NCBI GenBank assembly: GCA_037128175.1
Contig: JBAXWY010000009.1
Location: 1-64,000, forward strand
Origin: Methanothrix sp.
GTDB lineage: Archaea > Halobacteriota > Methanosarcinia > Methanotrichales > Methanotrichaceae
Direction of reading: 5' to 3'
Length of the DNA: 64,000 nt
This document shows positions 17,701 to 26,744 of the stretch, piece by piece; position 1 is the stretch's first letter; each line of letters opens with the position of its first letter. The position numbers and the translations under genes were made by a program. The notes beneath the pieces are model-generated. The model did not search any database and had not been told where the DNA came from. It worked only from the letters and a program-made list of their open reading frames with translations.

Positions 17701-18092
17701 ATCCTGCAAGAGCCGCCCAAGGACTCAATTAAGGAAGCCATGAGTATAGCGAAGTCGTCGCAGTCGCCCCTACCGATCGTGCTGCTGATCTTGCCTCGCT
17801 GAAGGGTCATGTTGGCACTCTGGAAGTAGTCTGTGCCGTCGGCCTCGGAGTAGTAGAACCATCCGCCCCCAGCCATGGCATTGTAGATGGCTGCCATCTG
17901 ATTGATATTGTATTCACCGGGGTAGTCAGCGGCGATGGTCATTGCAGTATCGGCTATGTAGGGGTCCGCAAGATCAAGCTTGCTCGGAACCTGCACTCTG
18001 AGATCATCGATGGATGGAGACGCATCTGATATCGACGACAATATTGCCAATAAAATTGAAAATATTATCGCTCTTTTAAAAGATTGAAACAT
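14742..18092 (-). CDS. Secreted transglutaminase-like / CBM11-like / WD40-repeat protein
   Basis: Signal peptide, GDCDDFAILMASL...HAYAEV...LD (Cys-His-Asp), a beta-sandwich region, and about 14 'H...V.SVAFSPDG..LATGS.D.TA.VWD' repeats. Confidence 0.88.
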   Translation of the reverse strand: MFQSFKRAIIFSILLAILSSISDASPSIDDLRVQVPSKLDLADPYIADTAMTIAADYPGEYNINQMAAIYNAMAGGGWFYYSEADGTDYFQSANMTLQRGKISSTIGRGDCDDFAILMASLIESLGGSCRITFAYDIQKKLGHAYAEVYLGQIGDPEVDQILSWLKEQYSKTYLQGINMTADEVWLNLDWGDDPKKASYPGGPNFGNLSQKFISKVIREPDHRTTPKIVPLIDSMESTAGWELVKDEKGSSLNLSTIPGKKGNATQIAYDIKEGGFVGISREINPAILAQANGINFSCFVSGNQNTIQLRLICDDGIVFGASWNVAKKEIWESYSALYSKLRCLSSGCNKSNEFNVSEARRLEFRISGDLTTGDELGPGAVILDQVQGTMAVPVGSPWARAEAEREASMAKDLAAQSERALSSPAGLIESVQLAVESLSHNVTFDGDLALRRGLALLPRPVAEIRHNDRVWSVAFSPEGKRLATGCADGTAMVWDAFSGKKLLNSPLKHNGIVYSVAFSPDGKWLATGSDDSTARIWDIQTGQEIKRLEHNRGVLSVDFSPDGKRLATGSKDGIAMVWNASSGERLLLYPLMHHGMVYSVAFSQDGTRLATGSEDRTAKVWDASTGALLLGVNHPDQVHSVDFNPNGTWLVTGSRDGKARIWNGSTGKELFSLDHCTNVVYSVAFSPDGKKLATASRDKTAKVWDLSTGNVQARMGHEDLIWAISFSPDGERLATASFDGTSRVWDVATRELACVKFEDDVQALVVSPDGTKMAAGSEDKTAMVWNLSARKAQFYLPKQDSGVISIAFSPDGKKLAMGTRGGNATVWDASSGSIIFDLPGHKGTVYSVAFSPDGTRIATACEDHNARVWNASTGKLLLNLSGHNASVTKVAFSPDGTKIATASEDYTARIWDASTGELLLHPLEHAFYVFSIAFSPDGEKLATGSNNAEIWDLSNGDGLPLNNGGYRVNSVAFSPDGRKLATASYDNLAWIWDVSTGEDLLKISLGSYGYAVAFSPDGTMLATGSRTGCPEGTEARIWDVQTGQEMQRLGHDDDVVLVTFSPDGEKLITASLDGTARAWYIQTEDLVCEACRRLTLNLTSADWWDQYCGDCPAGRL

Positions 18093-18237
18093 GGTCTTTC
18101 AACCTCCCTCTGTATCGCTTGCTTAAAGGGATATTCGCGCACAGCATTCGCTCCAAGGCTTTAATCTCTTGTAATCTTTCTCAGAAGCTTGTATTTAAGT
18201 TTATCAGTAATAATTATGTCTATAGCAATCTCAATCA

Positions 18238-21200
18238 CTATATCTGACTGATCGCCTTTTGATACCTTTCTATCCTCCTGATCAAATCATTCTCGAAGTC
18301 GCGGACTGCCTCGTCATTTAATTGTACTTTCACAGAGACCCCATCCTTCAGGTAAAACAGCTCGGCCCCCAGCAATGGCGAAAAGATCTCCCTGGCCAGA
18401 TAAAGATAAAATTTCATCTGGAACTCATAGGCCTCGCTATGCCTTTCTGACGAAGAGAACTTGAAATCCAGGACCTTCCATCCCCCGGCGGTCTTGATCA
18501 CTTTATCCAGCCAGCCGGATAGAATATATCTGCCAAAGGGCCTGATGATCTGGTACTCGCTCCGGGACTCCGGGGCAGCTTCCATCTCTTTCACCAGGGG
18601 ATGATCTTTCAGCCGGCTCAAGTACCGGCAAACCTCTTCGACCTTAGAATCTGATGCAATGAGTTTTTCGCTACAGAGAACCTCTTCCAGTTTGCATCCC
18701 TTCCCCACCGCCTCCATTATCTTATGGGCAAAAAGTCCCAGCACCTGGCTCTTATCTCTATCAACATCCATAGCCGCCTCATCGTCTTCGAGATCATGCC
18801 TCCAACCAGGCAGCGAAACTTCATTGATAGCTGTAGGCGAGACGTACTCTTTGAAGGTCTCAGAGGTTACAGGTCCAATGTATCTGGTCTCCAGACGAGC
18901 ATTTTGTGAAGTGGCAGATATGGGTGTAAGCGTCTCAACAGGCGCAGTGATTGTCTCAATTAGATGCTCAAACCCGGGAGCCGGCTTTGCGCTTGCACTT
19001 GCACTTTCACCTGCACCTGCACCAGCCTCATCGATCTCAATCATGTTGCCAAGGATCATGTCTTTCCAGGGCTGGGAGTTTCTGCCTTTCTTGCCTGAGA
19101 AAGTCAGGATCAACATATCCGAGGCGCGAGTGGTAGCTACATAGAGCGATCGCTTCTCCTCTTCAAGATCTCTATCCTGCTCCTCTGCAATTAATTTGCT
19201 GAGAAATGTCTCTGTCGATTCATCGTCATCCTCACAATTGAGGGTGAAGCATATTCCGTCTTTATCTTTGTTGAAGAGCAGAGATTCTTTTGAGGCTTTT
19301 TGGTTCCAGGGGGTGTCTCCCACAATCACAATTGGAAACTCCAGTCCCTTGGCTTTATGCACAGTCATGATCTTGACGGCATTCGTCCTCTCGCTTTCAA
19401 TGGAGGCCTGCTCCTCGTCATCCAGCCCAACTTTATTGAGCATCCTGATAAGTTCCGGCAAGGATACTCCGGCCTCGTCCAGTCTCTTGGCCGTTATTAT
19501 GAACTTACGAAGGTTAGCAGTCTTTCGGCCTGTGCGGTCTTTTGTGGCAAGAAATGCGGCATAATTCAAATCTTCCACGAGCTTCTCGGCCAGCTCACTT
19601 GGCCGGATCAGAGTTCTAATGGGGAGATATTTCCCAAGAGCTTGATGAAACATCTTGAGGCGTTCCCTTCTGCCTGATGCTATATCCGTCTGCGAGAGTT
19701 GATCAAGAATCTCATGCATACGCTTTTTGCTCGTCTTTGCTCTGTACTTGAGAGTGGCCATCTCGTTGATATCCAGGCCTACCACAGGCGACATCAGGGC
19801 GATGGTCAAGGCCAGTTCGTCTCCCGGATTGGATAATACTTTGAGAGTAGCCAGAATACCTGCAATCTCCGGTATTTCGAAGAATCCAGCCTCTCCAACC
19901 GTGTAATAAGGTATGCCATGCCGGGAAAGCGCCTGCATGTATTCCTTGCCGGTATCAGGCTTAATTTTTCTGAGGAGAATGGTTATATCCCTAAACTCAA
20001 TCGGCCTTCTAATAGCGACCAGTTTAACGCCATCTGTATCATTTATTCTCTTTAGGAAGTCGAATTCTTGTCCGACAACGCTGCGAATATACCTTGCCGC
20101 AGCTTCAGCCTCATCTTCTGGATCAAAGAGAACCTTCACTCTCGGCCTCTCGCCCGTCTCTCCAACTACAGGCAACGATTTTACCGGCTCGTAGGCTTCT
20201 GAATAAGGATGATCCGAGCCATCGAAGATAATGGGATAGAAGGCATTGCAAAATTCCAGAATATCGGGATGGGAGCGGTAGTTTCTTTCCAGATGTTGCA
20301 CATCTCCCTTCCTGGCAATGATCTGCGCTCTGGCCTGGGAAAATACCTCCACCTCAGCCCCTCTGAACCGGTAAATGGACTGCTTGGCATCGCCCACATA
20401 AATGAAATGATTGTTATCGGTCTTTAGCAGGTCCAATATCTCTTTTTGCAGAGAATCGGTATCCTGAAATTCATCTACTATGATATACGAAAACTGCTCG
20501 CGGTATTTCTCACGAACCCAGGCAAATTTTGCTGAGGACAGAATATCTTTGAGAGTGATGAGAACGCCGGTGAAATCGGTGAGGTTCTCTTCTTGCAGCC
20601 CTTCCAGGAACGATCCATAAACCATATCGAAGAGCTTCTTGAAAGCGTCCGAGGCCATGACGAGACGTTCCGCTTGATCAGGATCGCTATGAAGAGCTAA
20701 GTTGGCTTCCGCCTTATTTGCCGGTCGGCAGTTCAACATTGCATACCTTTTCTCTAAAACCGCCTCGGATAGGGCATCTGTAATTCCATCGAGCGTATAG
20801 AATTCCAGCAACGGCCTTAGCAAATCCTCCTGCTCGAAGTATAGCCTGGCTATACATCGCTTCAGAATATCGCCCATAATCGATGCAGAACCAATCTTTA
20901 GATCTGGATTGACTTTTGCATAGATGCCCACCTCCGAGAGAATTCTTTGAGCGAAGGAGTCAATGGTGCTTATCCAGGCAAAGGCCATGGTGGATCTGAA
21001 CTTCTGCCAGGCCAAATCATCGTCCCTGGACCGGATCATTTCCAGAATTCGGTTTTTAAGCTCAGAGGCTGCCTTTCTGGTGAAGGTTATGGCTACTACG
21101 TTGGCAACACTCAGCGGCTCTTCGTTCTGAAGGGCCTGCTCAAAAAGATCCACATAGGTTTTTGAGATGGTATGGGTCTTGCCGGTTCCAGCGCTGGCAG

Positions 21201-21240
21201 ATATGAACCGATCCATATCGTTCGTATCCATATCGATCAT
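18238..21240 (-). CDS. addA: UvrD-family helicase-nuclease, AddA-like
   Basis: ASAGTGKT, TFTRKAA, VDEFQDT, VGDAKQSIYRFRGA, NYRS, MTVHKAKGLEF, YVATTRA and C-terminal GWLD..VLDFK nuclease. Start overlaps the upstream stop (TAATG). Confidence 0.85.
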   Translation of the reverse strand: MIDMDTNDMDRFISASAGTGKTHTISKTYVDLFEQALQNEEPLSVANVVAITFTRKAASELKNRILEMIRSRDDDLAWQKFRSTMAFAWISTIDSFAQRILSEVGIYAKVNPDLKIGSASIMGDILKRCIARLYFEQEDLLRPLLEFYTLDGITDALSEAVLEKRYAMLNCRPANKAEANLALHSDPDQAERLVMASDAFKKLFDMVYGSFLEGLQEENLTDFTGVLITLKDILSSAKFAWVREKYREQFSYIIVDEFQDTDSLQKEILDLLKTDNNHFIYVGDAKQSIYRFRGAEVEVFSQARAQIIARKGDVQHLERNYRSHPDILEFCNAFYPIIFDGSDHPYSEAYEPVKSLPVVGETGERPRVKVLFDPEDEAEAAARYIRSVVGQEFDFLKRINDTDGVKLVAIRRPIEFRDITILLRKIKPDTGKEYMQALSRHGIPYYTVGEAGFFEIPEIAGILATLKVLSNPGDELALTIALMSPVVGLDINEMATLKYRAKTSKKRMHEILDQLSQTDIASGRRERLKMFHQALGKYLPIRTLIRPSELAEKLVEDLNYAAFLATKDRTGRKTANLRKFIITAKRLDEAGVSLPELIRMLNKVGLDDEEQASIESERTNAVKIMTVHKAKGLEFPIVIVGDTPWNQKASKESLLFNKDKDGICFTLNCEDDDESTETFLSKLIAEEQDRDLEEEKRSLYVATTRASDMLILTFSGKKGRNSQPWKDMILGNMIEIDEAGAGAGESASASAKPAPGFEHLIETITAPVETLTPISATSQNARLETRYIGPVTSETFKEYVSPTAINEVSLPGWRHDLEDDEAAMDVDRDKSQVLGLFAHKIMEAVGKGCKLEEVLCSEKLIASDSKVEEVCRYLSRLKDHPLVKEMEAAPESRSEYQIIRPFGRYILSGWLDKVIKTAGGWKVLDFKFSSSERHSEAYEFQMKFYLYLAREIFSPLLGAELFYLKDGVSVKVQLNDEAVRDFENDLIRRIERYQKAISQI

Positions 21241-24200
21241 TAGGAACCACCTCGAAGATCCTGGAGGGGCTCGCAATTCTGCTTGAAGCCGCAGAAATAG
21301 CAATTATTGGCTTTCCCATCCATTGCTCCGGGCAGAAATTGCCTTGCTTCAAAGATGCCGTCCAGGGTAGCCAATAACTCTGTATCGATATCCGAAAACG
21401 TTAAGATCTTCTTTCCCTGGCCGTGCATCTCCATCCGGCCTTCCTCTGGAAAAGCATCCAGTTTCAGAGAGATACTGCCACCTTTTATTATTCGGAAAAA
21501 GGACCTCATGAGAGCCGGATTCTTGGGAAGAGCTTCATGGTCCAGGGAAAGCAGCGCCAGGGTATAGAGCTTAAGCTGGTCCCAATCTCCGGCAGAGCTG
21601 GATTTGTAATCGGAGAGAACCATATCATAGATCTTCTTGCCTTTGCCTTTTCCCGCCTCGGTTACGTTAAGATCGATCCGGTCGATTCTCCCCAGGAAGA
21701 CCATATCTGTGTACTTCTGGGCGCTTTTGCATACAATATCAGCCATTTTTGCCAGTTGAATGCTAAACGGTATCTCGGTCAGGGTTCTCTCTCCGATGAA
21801 GGCCTTCTCGGGCGTAAAAAGTTCGAATTCCAGATAAGTCTGCACTCTTGCTGTGGCCCCATTTATCATGGCCTCTCTCACCGCGGGCAAGGACCGGATT
21901 TTGTTGGCGGCCAGGAATCTCTGGGTTATTGCTTCTACCTCATGTCTAACTCTACCACTTTTGTTGGCCTCATCCAAATCCATTCCCTCTTGCTTCAGAT
22001 CGTAGAGGTTCTTGAGCACTGCATGATAGCAGCTTCCCAGCTCGAGGGGAGACAGGGCATAGAGATCATCAGACTGCTCCTCCAATCTCATGATACGACG
22101 CAGGAAGAACTTGAAGGGGCAGCTCTTGAATTCAGAAAGCTTCGTGTAGCTAAACTTCCTACCAGCCAGGGAATCTACAACTGCTCTTTCTCCGATCTTC
22201 CAGGAGAATTTTGAATCTGCATATATTTTGAGGGGAAGAAGCAACTCTAAAACATCATCCGGTATGATTGTATCTGCCTGATTTGCCAGACGGTATGCAA
22301 ATTCATTCTTCAGTTCTCCTGCACTCATGGGCGAGGCCAATTTCTCCCGGGAACCGGCCTTATCGAAGCTCCAGCCATCCAGCCAGAGGGACGGTACCAT
22401 TGGCTCTCCTTCGCGTGAGGCCACAGGATAGGTTATCATGACCTCGGAAGAGGCACAAAGGCAAGAATAGAGGGCAACTCTTTGCTCCCGTTCCTTGATC
22501 TTGTAGTAACCCGGCTCTCTAAAAGGCAGATCTTCCAGCGAATAAAGCGGATTTGCCCGGCGTGCCGGAAAGATATCATCGTTGAAATTCACTATGTACT
22601 TCAAGCGCCGGTGTTTAAATCGAGCCGAATGGAGGGATAAGATCTCCACCGTATTGGCTAGAGGAGGTGATGGCCTAAATTCTTCGCTGCTCAGCAATAT
22701 CTCCAGGAAAGCCATGAACTTTGCCAGTGTCAATACTCGCTTGCCAATGGTACTGACCATAACCTCCAGCTGGCCAAATATATGCTCAAACCTGCCCAAG
22801 GCCATGGTCTCGCTCACCAGCTCCGGGTTATTGAGAAAACGATCTTTGAGCGGAGCCATCCAGGATGCCAGCTCGTCCTTATAAAACTTGAGATCGGCTT
22901 GACTCTCCCTGGCAGCCTCGATCCTCTCCAGGGATTGGAATAGCTGCTCTGATTTCTGCATCAAATCCTGGCAAAGCTGGATCTCGGACTGCTGCACCAA
23001 AAGGTCGCTGTCATAGACCGAATCATCCTGTTTAAGGGTCTCCAGTCGCTCTTTCAGGGCGGCAAGGTGCTCCTCTAGTTTTGAATGCCACTCATCTCGT
23101 CGATCTTTAAGAGAAGCTCGCCCAGGACCCATATGCAGCCCGGCTCCAGTAGTTAACCCTTCCAGATTGTCAAGATCGAAATCTGCCGTGGCTGCTGAAC
23201 ATAGGCCGTGATCCAGCATGGATATGAGCAGATGAGAGGGATACCCGGCCAGTGCGGCCCGCAAGGGCAGAACCAGAAGCTGGACGGCAATGCTGCTCGA
23301 TAATGGTTCTTCACCGCTTACCCGGACAGGAATGCCATATTCCAGGAGCTTCCGGGAGAACTCCCGTGCTCGTTCCGAGAAGTTGTTGAGAACCACGGCG
23401 ATCTCGCCGGGCTTTTGGCCGTCATCGACGATTCGCCTCTTGATATCCCGGCAGACCTGTATCAATTCCGCCTCCGGGTCGCTATGGCAGGCGATTTGTA
23501 TGAATTCGCCTTCCAGATTCGCAGGCGGGCCCTGGTCCATCAAGAGCCGTTCCAGCGGTAGAGCTAACTTTGGGGCGGAGGGGGAGGAAGTAAGCGTCTC
23601 CTCTCGGACCTCTACAGATTGGGAAGTAAGCGTCTCCTCTCGGACCTCTACAGATTGGGAAGCGAGCAATTCCTGGAATTTAGGCCAGTTCTTTCCATCC
23701 GCAAGGCCCTGGTCCAGGGTCATGAAAGTTTCATGAAACATGGGAATGATTTTAGAAAGGAAGATCATCTGAGCCCAGGAGAGATTGGTGAACCCGTCGA
23801 GAAAAAGCCTTTTGCCAAAGCGGGACGCTACATAATCTCTTATTTCCTCAGCGTCAATATTGCAGTAAGCATCAAAGGTGTCAAAGAGGTTAGCCCCATA
23901 ACTGACTTTAAGCTCCTCAAGTGCAAATTGGACAAGAGAGCGGGCGGTATCGTTGGCCAGCCTTGCCATAAGGGCAGCCTCTCCATCGTCCTTGGCCTCT
24001 ATCACCGCCTCGGCGACAAATCCTACCAATCCCAGGGAATCTTTGAGCGGATAAAAGGGTCCCAGCTCTTTTTGGGTTGCCGATCCGAGAATATTGGCAA
24101 TAAACACCTTCTGCAGGTGCATATCTACATATATCATTTCGGGGTGAGCATGGCTGTAGACCTCATCAGCAAACTGGTCGATGACCAGGAAACTGCTCCT

Positions 24201-24377
24201 CGAGATAGATGAATTCAGGCGTCTTGAGAACCACTCTGAGAACTCCTTTACAAATACTCCGGAAGGCCCCAGAAATGTGTGTGATAATGGATTCTCGCGG
24301 TGAGCTTGCTCCAGCTCTTTGACCAGATGATCGGTCTTTCCCGACAGAACAGGTCCCCTGATGATATGCAGTTTCAG
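21240..24377 (-). CDS. addB: AddB-like PD-(D/E)XK nuclease with Fe-S cysteines; probable CTG start
   Basis: SYTKL..F.SCPFKFF, GRIDRID, DYKS and C-terminal CYFCGFKQNC. The frame stays open upstream of 24137 to a CTG at 24377 after GGGAGG, adding KLHIIRGPVLSGKT. Confidence 0.8.
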   Translation of the reverse strand: MKLHIIRGPVLSGKTDHLVKELEQAHRENPLSHTFLGPSGVFVKEFSEWFSRRLNSSISRSSFLVIDQFADEVYSHAHPEMIYVDMHLQKVFIANILGSATQKELGPFYPLKDSLGLVGFVAEAVIEAKDDGEAALMARLANDTARSLVQFALEELKVSYGANLFDTFDAYCNIDAEEIRDYVASRFGKRLFLDGFTNLSWAQMIFLSKIIPMFHETFMTLDQGLADGKNWPKFQELLASQSVEVREETLTSQSVEVREETLTSSPSAPKLALPLERLLMDQGPPANLEGEFIQIACHSDPEAELIQVCRDIKRRIVDDGQKPGEIAVVLNNFSERAREFSRKLLEYGIPVRVSGEEPLSSSIAVQLLVLPLRAALAGYPSHLLISMLDHGLCSAATADFDLDNLEGLTTGAGLHMGPGRASLKDRRDEWHSKLEEHLAALKERLETLKQDDSVYDSDLLVQQSEIQLCQDLMQKSEQLFQSLERIEAARESQADLKFYKDELASWMAPLKDRFLNNPELVSETMALGRFEHIFGQLEVMVSTIGKRVLTLAKFMAFLEILLSSEEFRPSPPLANTVEILSLHSARFKHRRLKYIVNFNDDIFPARRANPLYSLEDLPFREPGYYKIKEREQRVALYSCLCASSEVMITYPVASREGEPMVPSLWLDGWSFDKAGSREKLASPMSAGELKNEFAYRLANQADTIIPDDVLELLLPLKIYADSKFSWKIGERAVVDSLAGRKFSYTKLSEFKSCPFKFFLRRIMRLEEQSDDLYALSPLELGSCYHAVLKNLYDLKQEGMDLDEANKSGRVRHEVEAITQRFLAANKIRSLPAVREAMINGATARVQTYLEFELFTPEKAFIGERTLTEIPFSIQLAKMADIVCKSAQKYTDMVFLGRIDRIDLNVTEAGKGKGKKIYDMVLSDYKSSSAGDWDQLKLYTLALLSLDHEALPKNPALMRSFFRIIKGGSISLKLDAFPEEGRMEMHGQGKKILTFSDIDTELLATLDGIFEARQFLPGAMDGKANNCYFCGFKQNCEPLQDLRGGS
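23586..23662. repeat. Perfect 36-bp tandem duplication inside addB (SQSVEVREETLT x2)
   Basis: GGAAGTAAGCGTCTCCTCTCGGACCTCTACAGATTG at 23586 and 23622. Confidence 0.95.
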
Positions 24378-24417
24378 TCTATTCCCTCCCCGCTTTTCTG
24401 TATATGAGATGCCTCCC

Positions 24418-26697
24418 TCAGGCGTACATCTCCCCGCGCTCCACCTCTCTAGAGGCCTTCTTACGTAGCTCCGTTCCCAATTTGGAATAGTACTTCATGG
24501 TGTCGGGCGTAACGGAAGGTCCAATCTCCTGGATTGCCGCCAGGAAATGCTTCTGAATGATCTTTTCTGCGGCCATATCTTCTCGCAGAGCCAGGCGCCC
24601 CGCTTTACGCACCACTGCGGCGATATCGGCTCCTGTGTACTGATCAGTGAGATCGATCAGCTCGTCGATGTTGATATCATCCGACAGAGGTGCTTTTTTC
24701 AGGTGCACCTGGAAGATCTTTTGGCGTGACTCCCTGTCGGGAACAGGGGCCAGGATCAACTCGTCAAAACGTCCCGGCCGGAGCAGCGCCGGATCGATGA
24801 TATCCGGCCGGTTGGTAGCTCCTATTACTACTACTCCGTGCAACTCCTCCAGGCCGTCCATCTCGCTTAAGAGCTGGTTTACAATGCGCTCTGTGACATG
24901 CGGCTCGCCTGCCCCACCGCCGCCACGCCTGGGCACCAGCGCATCCAGCTCGTCCAGGAAGATGATGGAAGGCGCCACCTGCCTTGCTTTTTTGAAGATC
25001 TCTTCCACTCTCTTCTCGCTCTCTCCATACCACTTGGAGAGGAGCGCAGATCCTTTGACGGTGATGAAGTTGGCCTCGCTCTCATTGGCCACGGCTTTGG
25101 CCAGCATGGTCTTGCCTGTGCCCGGCGGCCCGTAGAGCAGAATTCCCTTGGGAGCATCAATGCCCAGGCGGCGGAAGCTCTCCGCGTTTCTAAGCGGCCA
25201 CTCCACTGCCTCCACCAGAAGCTGCTTGACATCTTCCAGGCCGCCAATGTCCTCCCAGCTCACATTTGGAACCTCTACCAAAATCTCTCGCATGGCGGAA
25301 GGGGAAACCTCTCGCATGGCCGCCTCAAAGTCATCCTTTTGCACAATGAGCCGGTCCAGAATCTCCTTGGGAATGGTCGGCTCTTCCAGATCTATCTCAG
25401 GAAGGATGCGGCGCAGGGCATTCATGGCCGCCTCCCGGCCCACAGCGGATATATCCGCGCCCACAAAGCCGTAGGTTCTCTTGGCAAAGTCCTCCAGGAC
25501 CACATCCTCGTGCAAGGGCATGCCGCGCGTGTGTATCTGGAAGATTTCCATGCGTCCTTCCATATCAGGAACGCCAAGCTCAATTTCTCGGTCGAATCTG
25601 CCCGGTCGACGTAAGGCCATATCCAGCGCCTCAGGCCGGTTGGTGGAGCCGATTACTATTACGTTCTTCCTCTCTTTCAGGCCGTCCATGAGGGATAAGA
25701 GCTGAGCCACAACGCGCCTTTCCACCTCGCCTGTGACTTCGCTTCTCTTGGGAGCGATGGAGTCCAGTTCATCCAGGAAGATGATGGCCGGGGTGTTCTT
25801 CTCCGCCTCTTCGAACAAATCCCGCAGCGCCTTCTCGCTCTCACCGTAATACTTGGACATGATCTCCGGGCCGTTGATGCTTATGAAGTAGGCCTCGCTC
25901 TCATTGGCCACAGCTTTGGCAAGCATGGTCTTTCCTGTGCCGGGCGGTCCGTGCAAGAGAACGCCCTTGGGCGGATCAATTCCCAGGCGATCAAAGAGCT
26001 CGGGATGCTTGAGGGGGAGCTCAATCATCTCCCTGACCTTGGTTATTACCGGCTTCAAGCCGCCAACGTCTTCGTAAACTACAGATGGCACAGAGCGCTC
26101 TGGTGTCTCCACGGCCTGAGGCAAGAGTTCAATATCGGTTCCTTCCGTGATCTTGACAATTCCACCCGGGCTGGTGGAGATCACTCTTAGCTTGATCTCG
26201 CCCAGGCCAAAGGCTTGAGCCCCCAAAAAGCCGCGGAATATCTCTTCGAACATGGTCTCCCGGCCCATGGAGTCGGTGGGCGGCTTTCGGACGCTGGTGG
26301 TGGAGATGACATCTCCTCTTGTCAGTGGCCGGCCATTGAAGACCTTGGTGAGGACGTCTCCTGGAGCAAAGATCTGCATCCCTTGCGTGACGGGAGCTAA
26401 GGTTACATGCTTGGCCTCGTTCCAGACCGCCTTTTTGACCTCTACATACTGGCCTATGCTCGTTCCGGCGTTGGATCTGATCAGGCCGTCCATCCTGATC
26501 ATGTCTATGCCCTGATCCTGGGAATAGGCACTGACAGCCAAAGCCGCCGTTGGCCTTGAACCTAACAGTTCCACGATATCTAAGGGACGCGCGCCTATTT
26601 TCTCCAGGAAATCCTCACCAATCCTGACTATGCCTTTTCCTACATCGCCCTGATTGGCCTCGGAAACCTTCAGCCTGACGCTTTCTCCTTCATTCAT
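24418..26697 (-). CDS. cdc48: CDC48/VAT family AAA ATPase
   Basis: N-domain plus two AAA modules (GPPGTGKT twice, IIFLDELD twice, RPGRFD twice). C-terminal HbYX motif MYA. Confidence 0.95.
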   Translation of the reverse strand: MNEGESVRLKVSEANQGDVGKGIVRIGEDFLEKIGARPLDIVELLGSRPTAALAVSAYSQDQGIDMIRMDGLIRSNAGTSIGQYVEVKKAVWNEAKHVTLAPVTQGMQIFAPGDVLTKVFNGRPLTRGDVISTTSVRKPPTDSMGRETMFEEIFRGFLGAQAFGLGEIKLRVISTSPGGIVKITEGTDIELLPQAVETPERSVPSVVYEDVGGLKPVITKVREMIELPLKHPELFDRLGIDPPKGVLLHGPPGTGKTMLAKAVANESEAYFISINGPEIMSKYYGESEKALRDLFEEAEKNTPAIIFLDELDSIAPKRSEVTGEVERRVVAQLLSLMDGLKERKNVIVIGSTNRPEALDMALRRPGRFDREIELGVPDMEGRMEIFQIHTRGMPLHEDVVLEDFAKRTYGFVGADISAVGREAAMNALRRILPEIDLEEPTIPKEILDRLIVQKDDFEAAMREVSPSAMREILVEVPNVSWEDIGGLEDVKQLLVEAVEWPLRNAESFRRLGIDAPKGILLYGPPGTGKTMLAKAVANESEANFITVKGSALLSKWYGESEKRVEEIFKKARQVAPSIIFLDELDALVPRRGGGGAGEPHVTERIVNQLLSEMDGLEELHGVVVIGATNRPDIIDPALLRPGRFDELILAPVPDRESRQKIFQVHLKKAPLSDDINIDELIDLTDQYTGADIAAVVRKAGRLALREDMAAEKIIQKHFLAAIQEIGPSVTPDTMKYYSKLGTELRKKASREVERGEMYA

Positions 26698-26744
26698 GTA
26701 TTTCTTGCACCTGCTTTCTATTATGATTTACTTGTAGGATTGCG

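Noticed and set aside
21423-22214. Long antisense ORFs (also 24898-25614, 34898-35770, 35786-36577, 61175-62050, 62257-63219)
   Set aside because: They are shadows of well-supported genes on the opposite strand, with no recognisable motifs.
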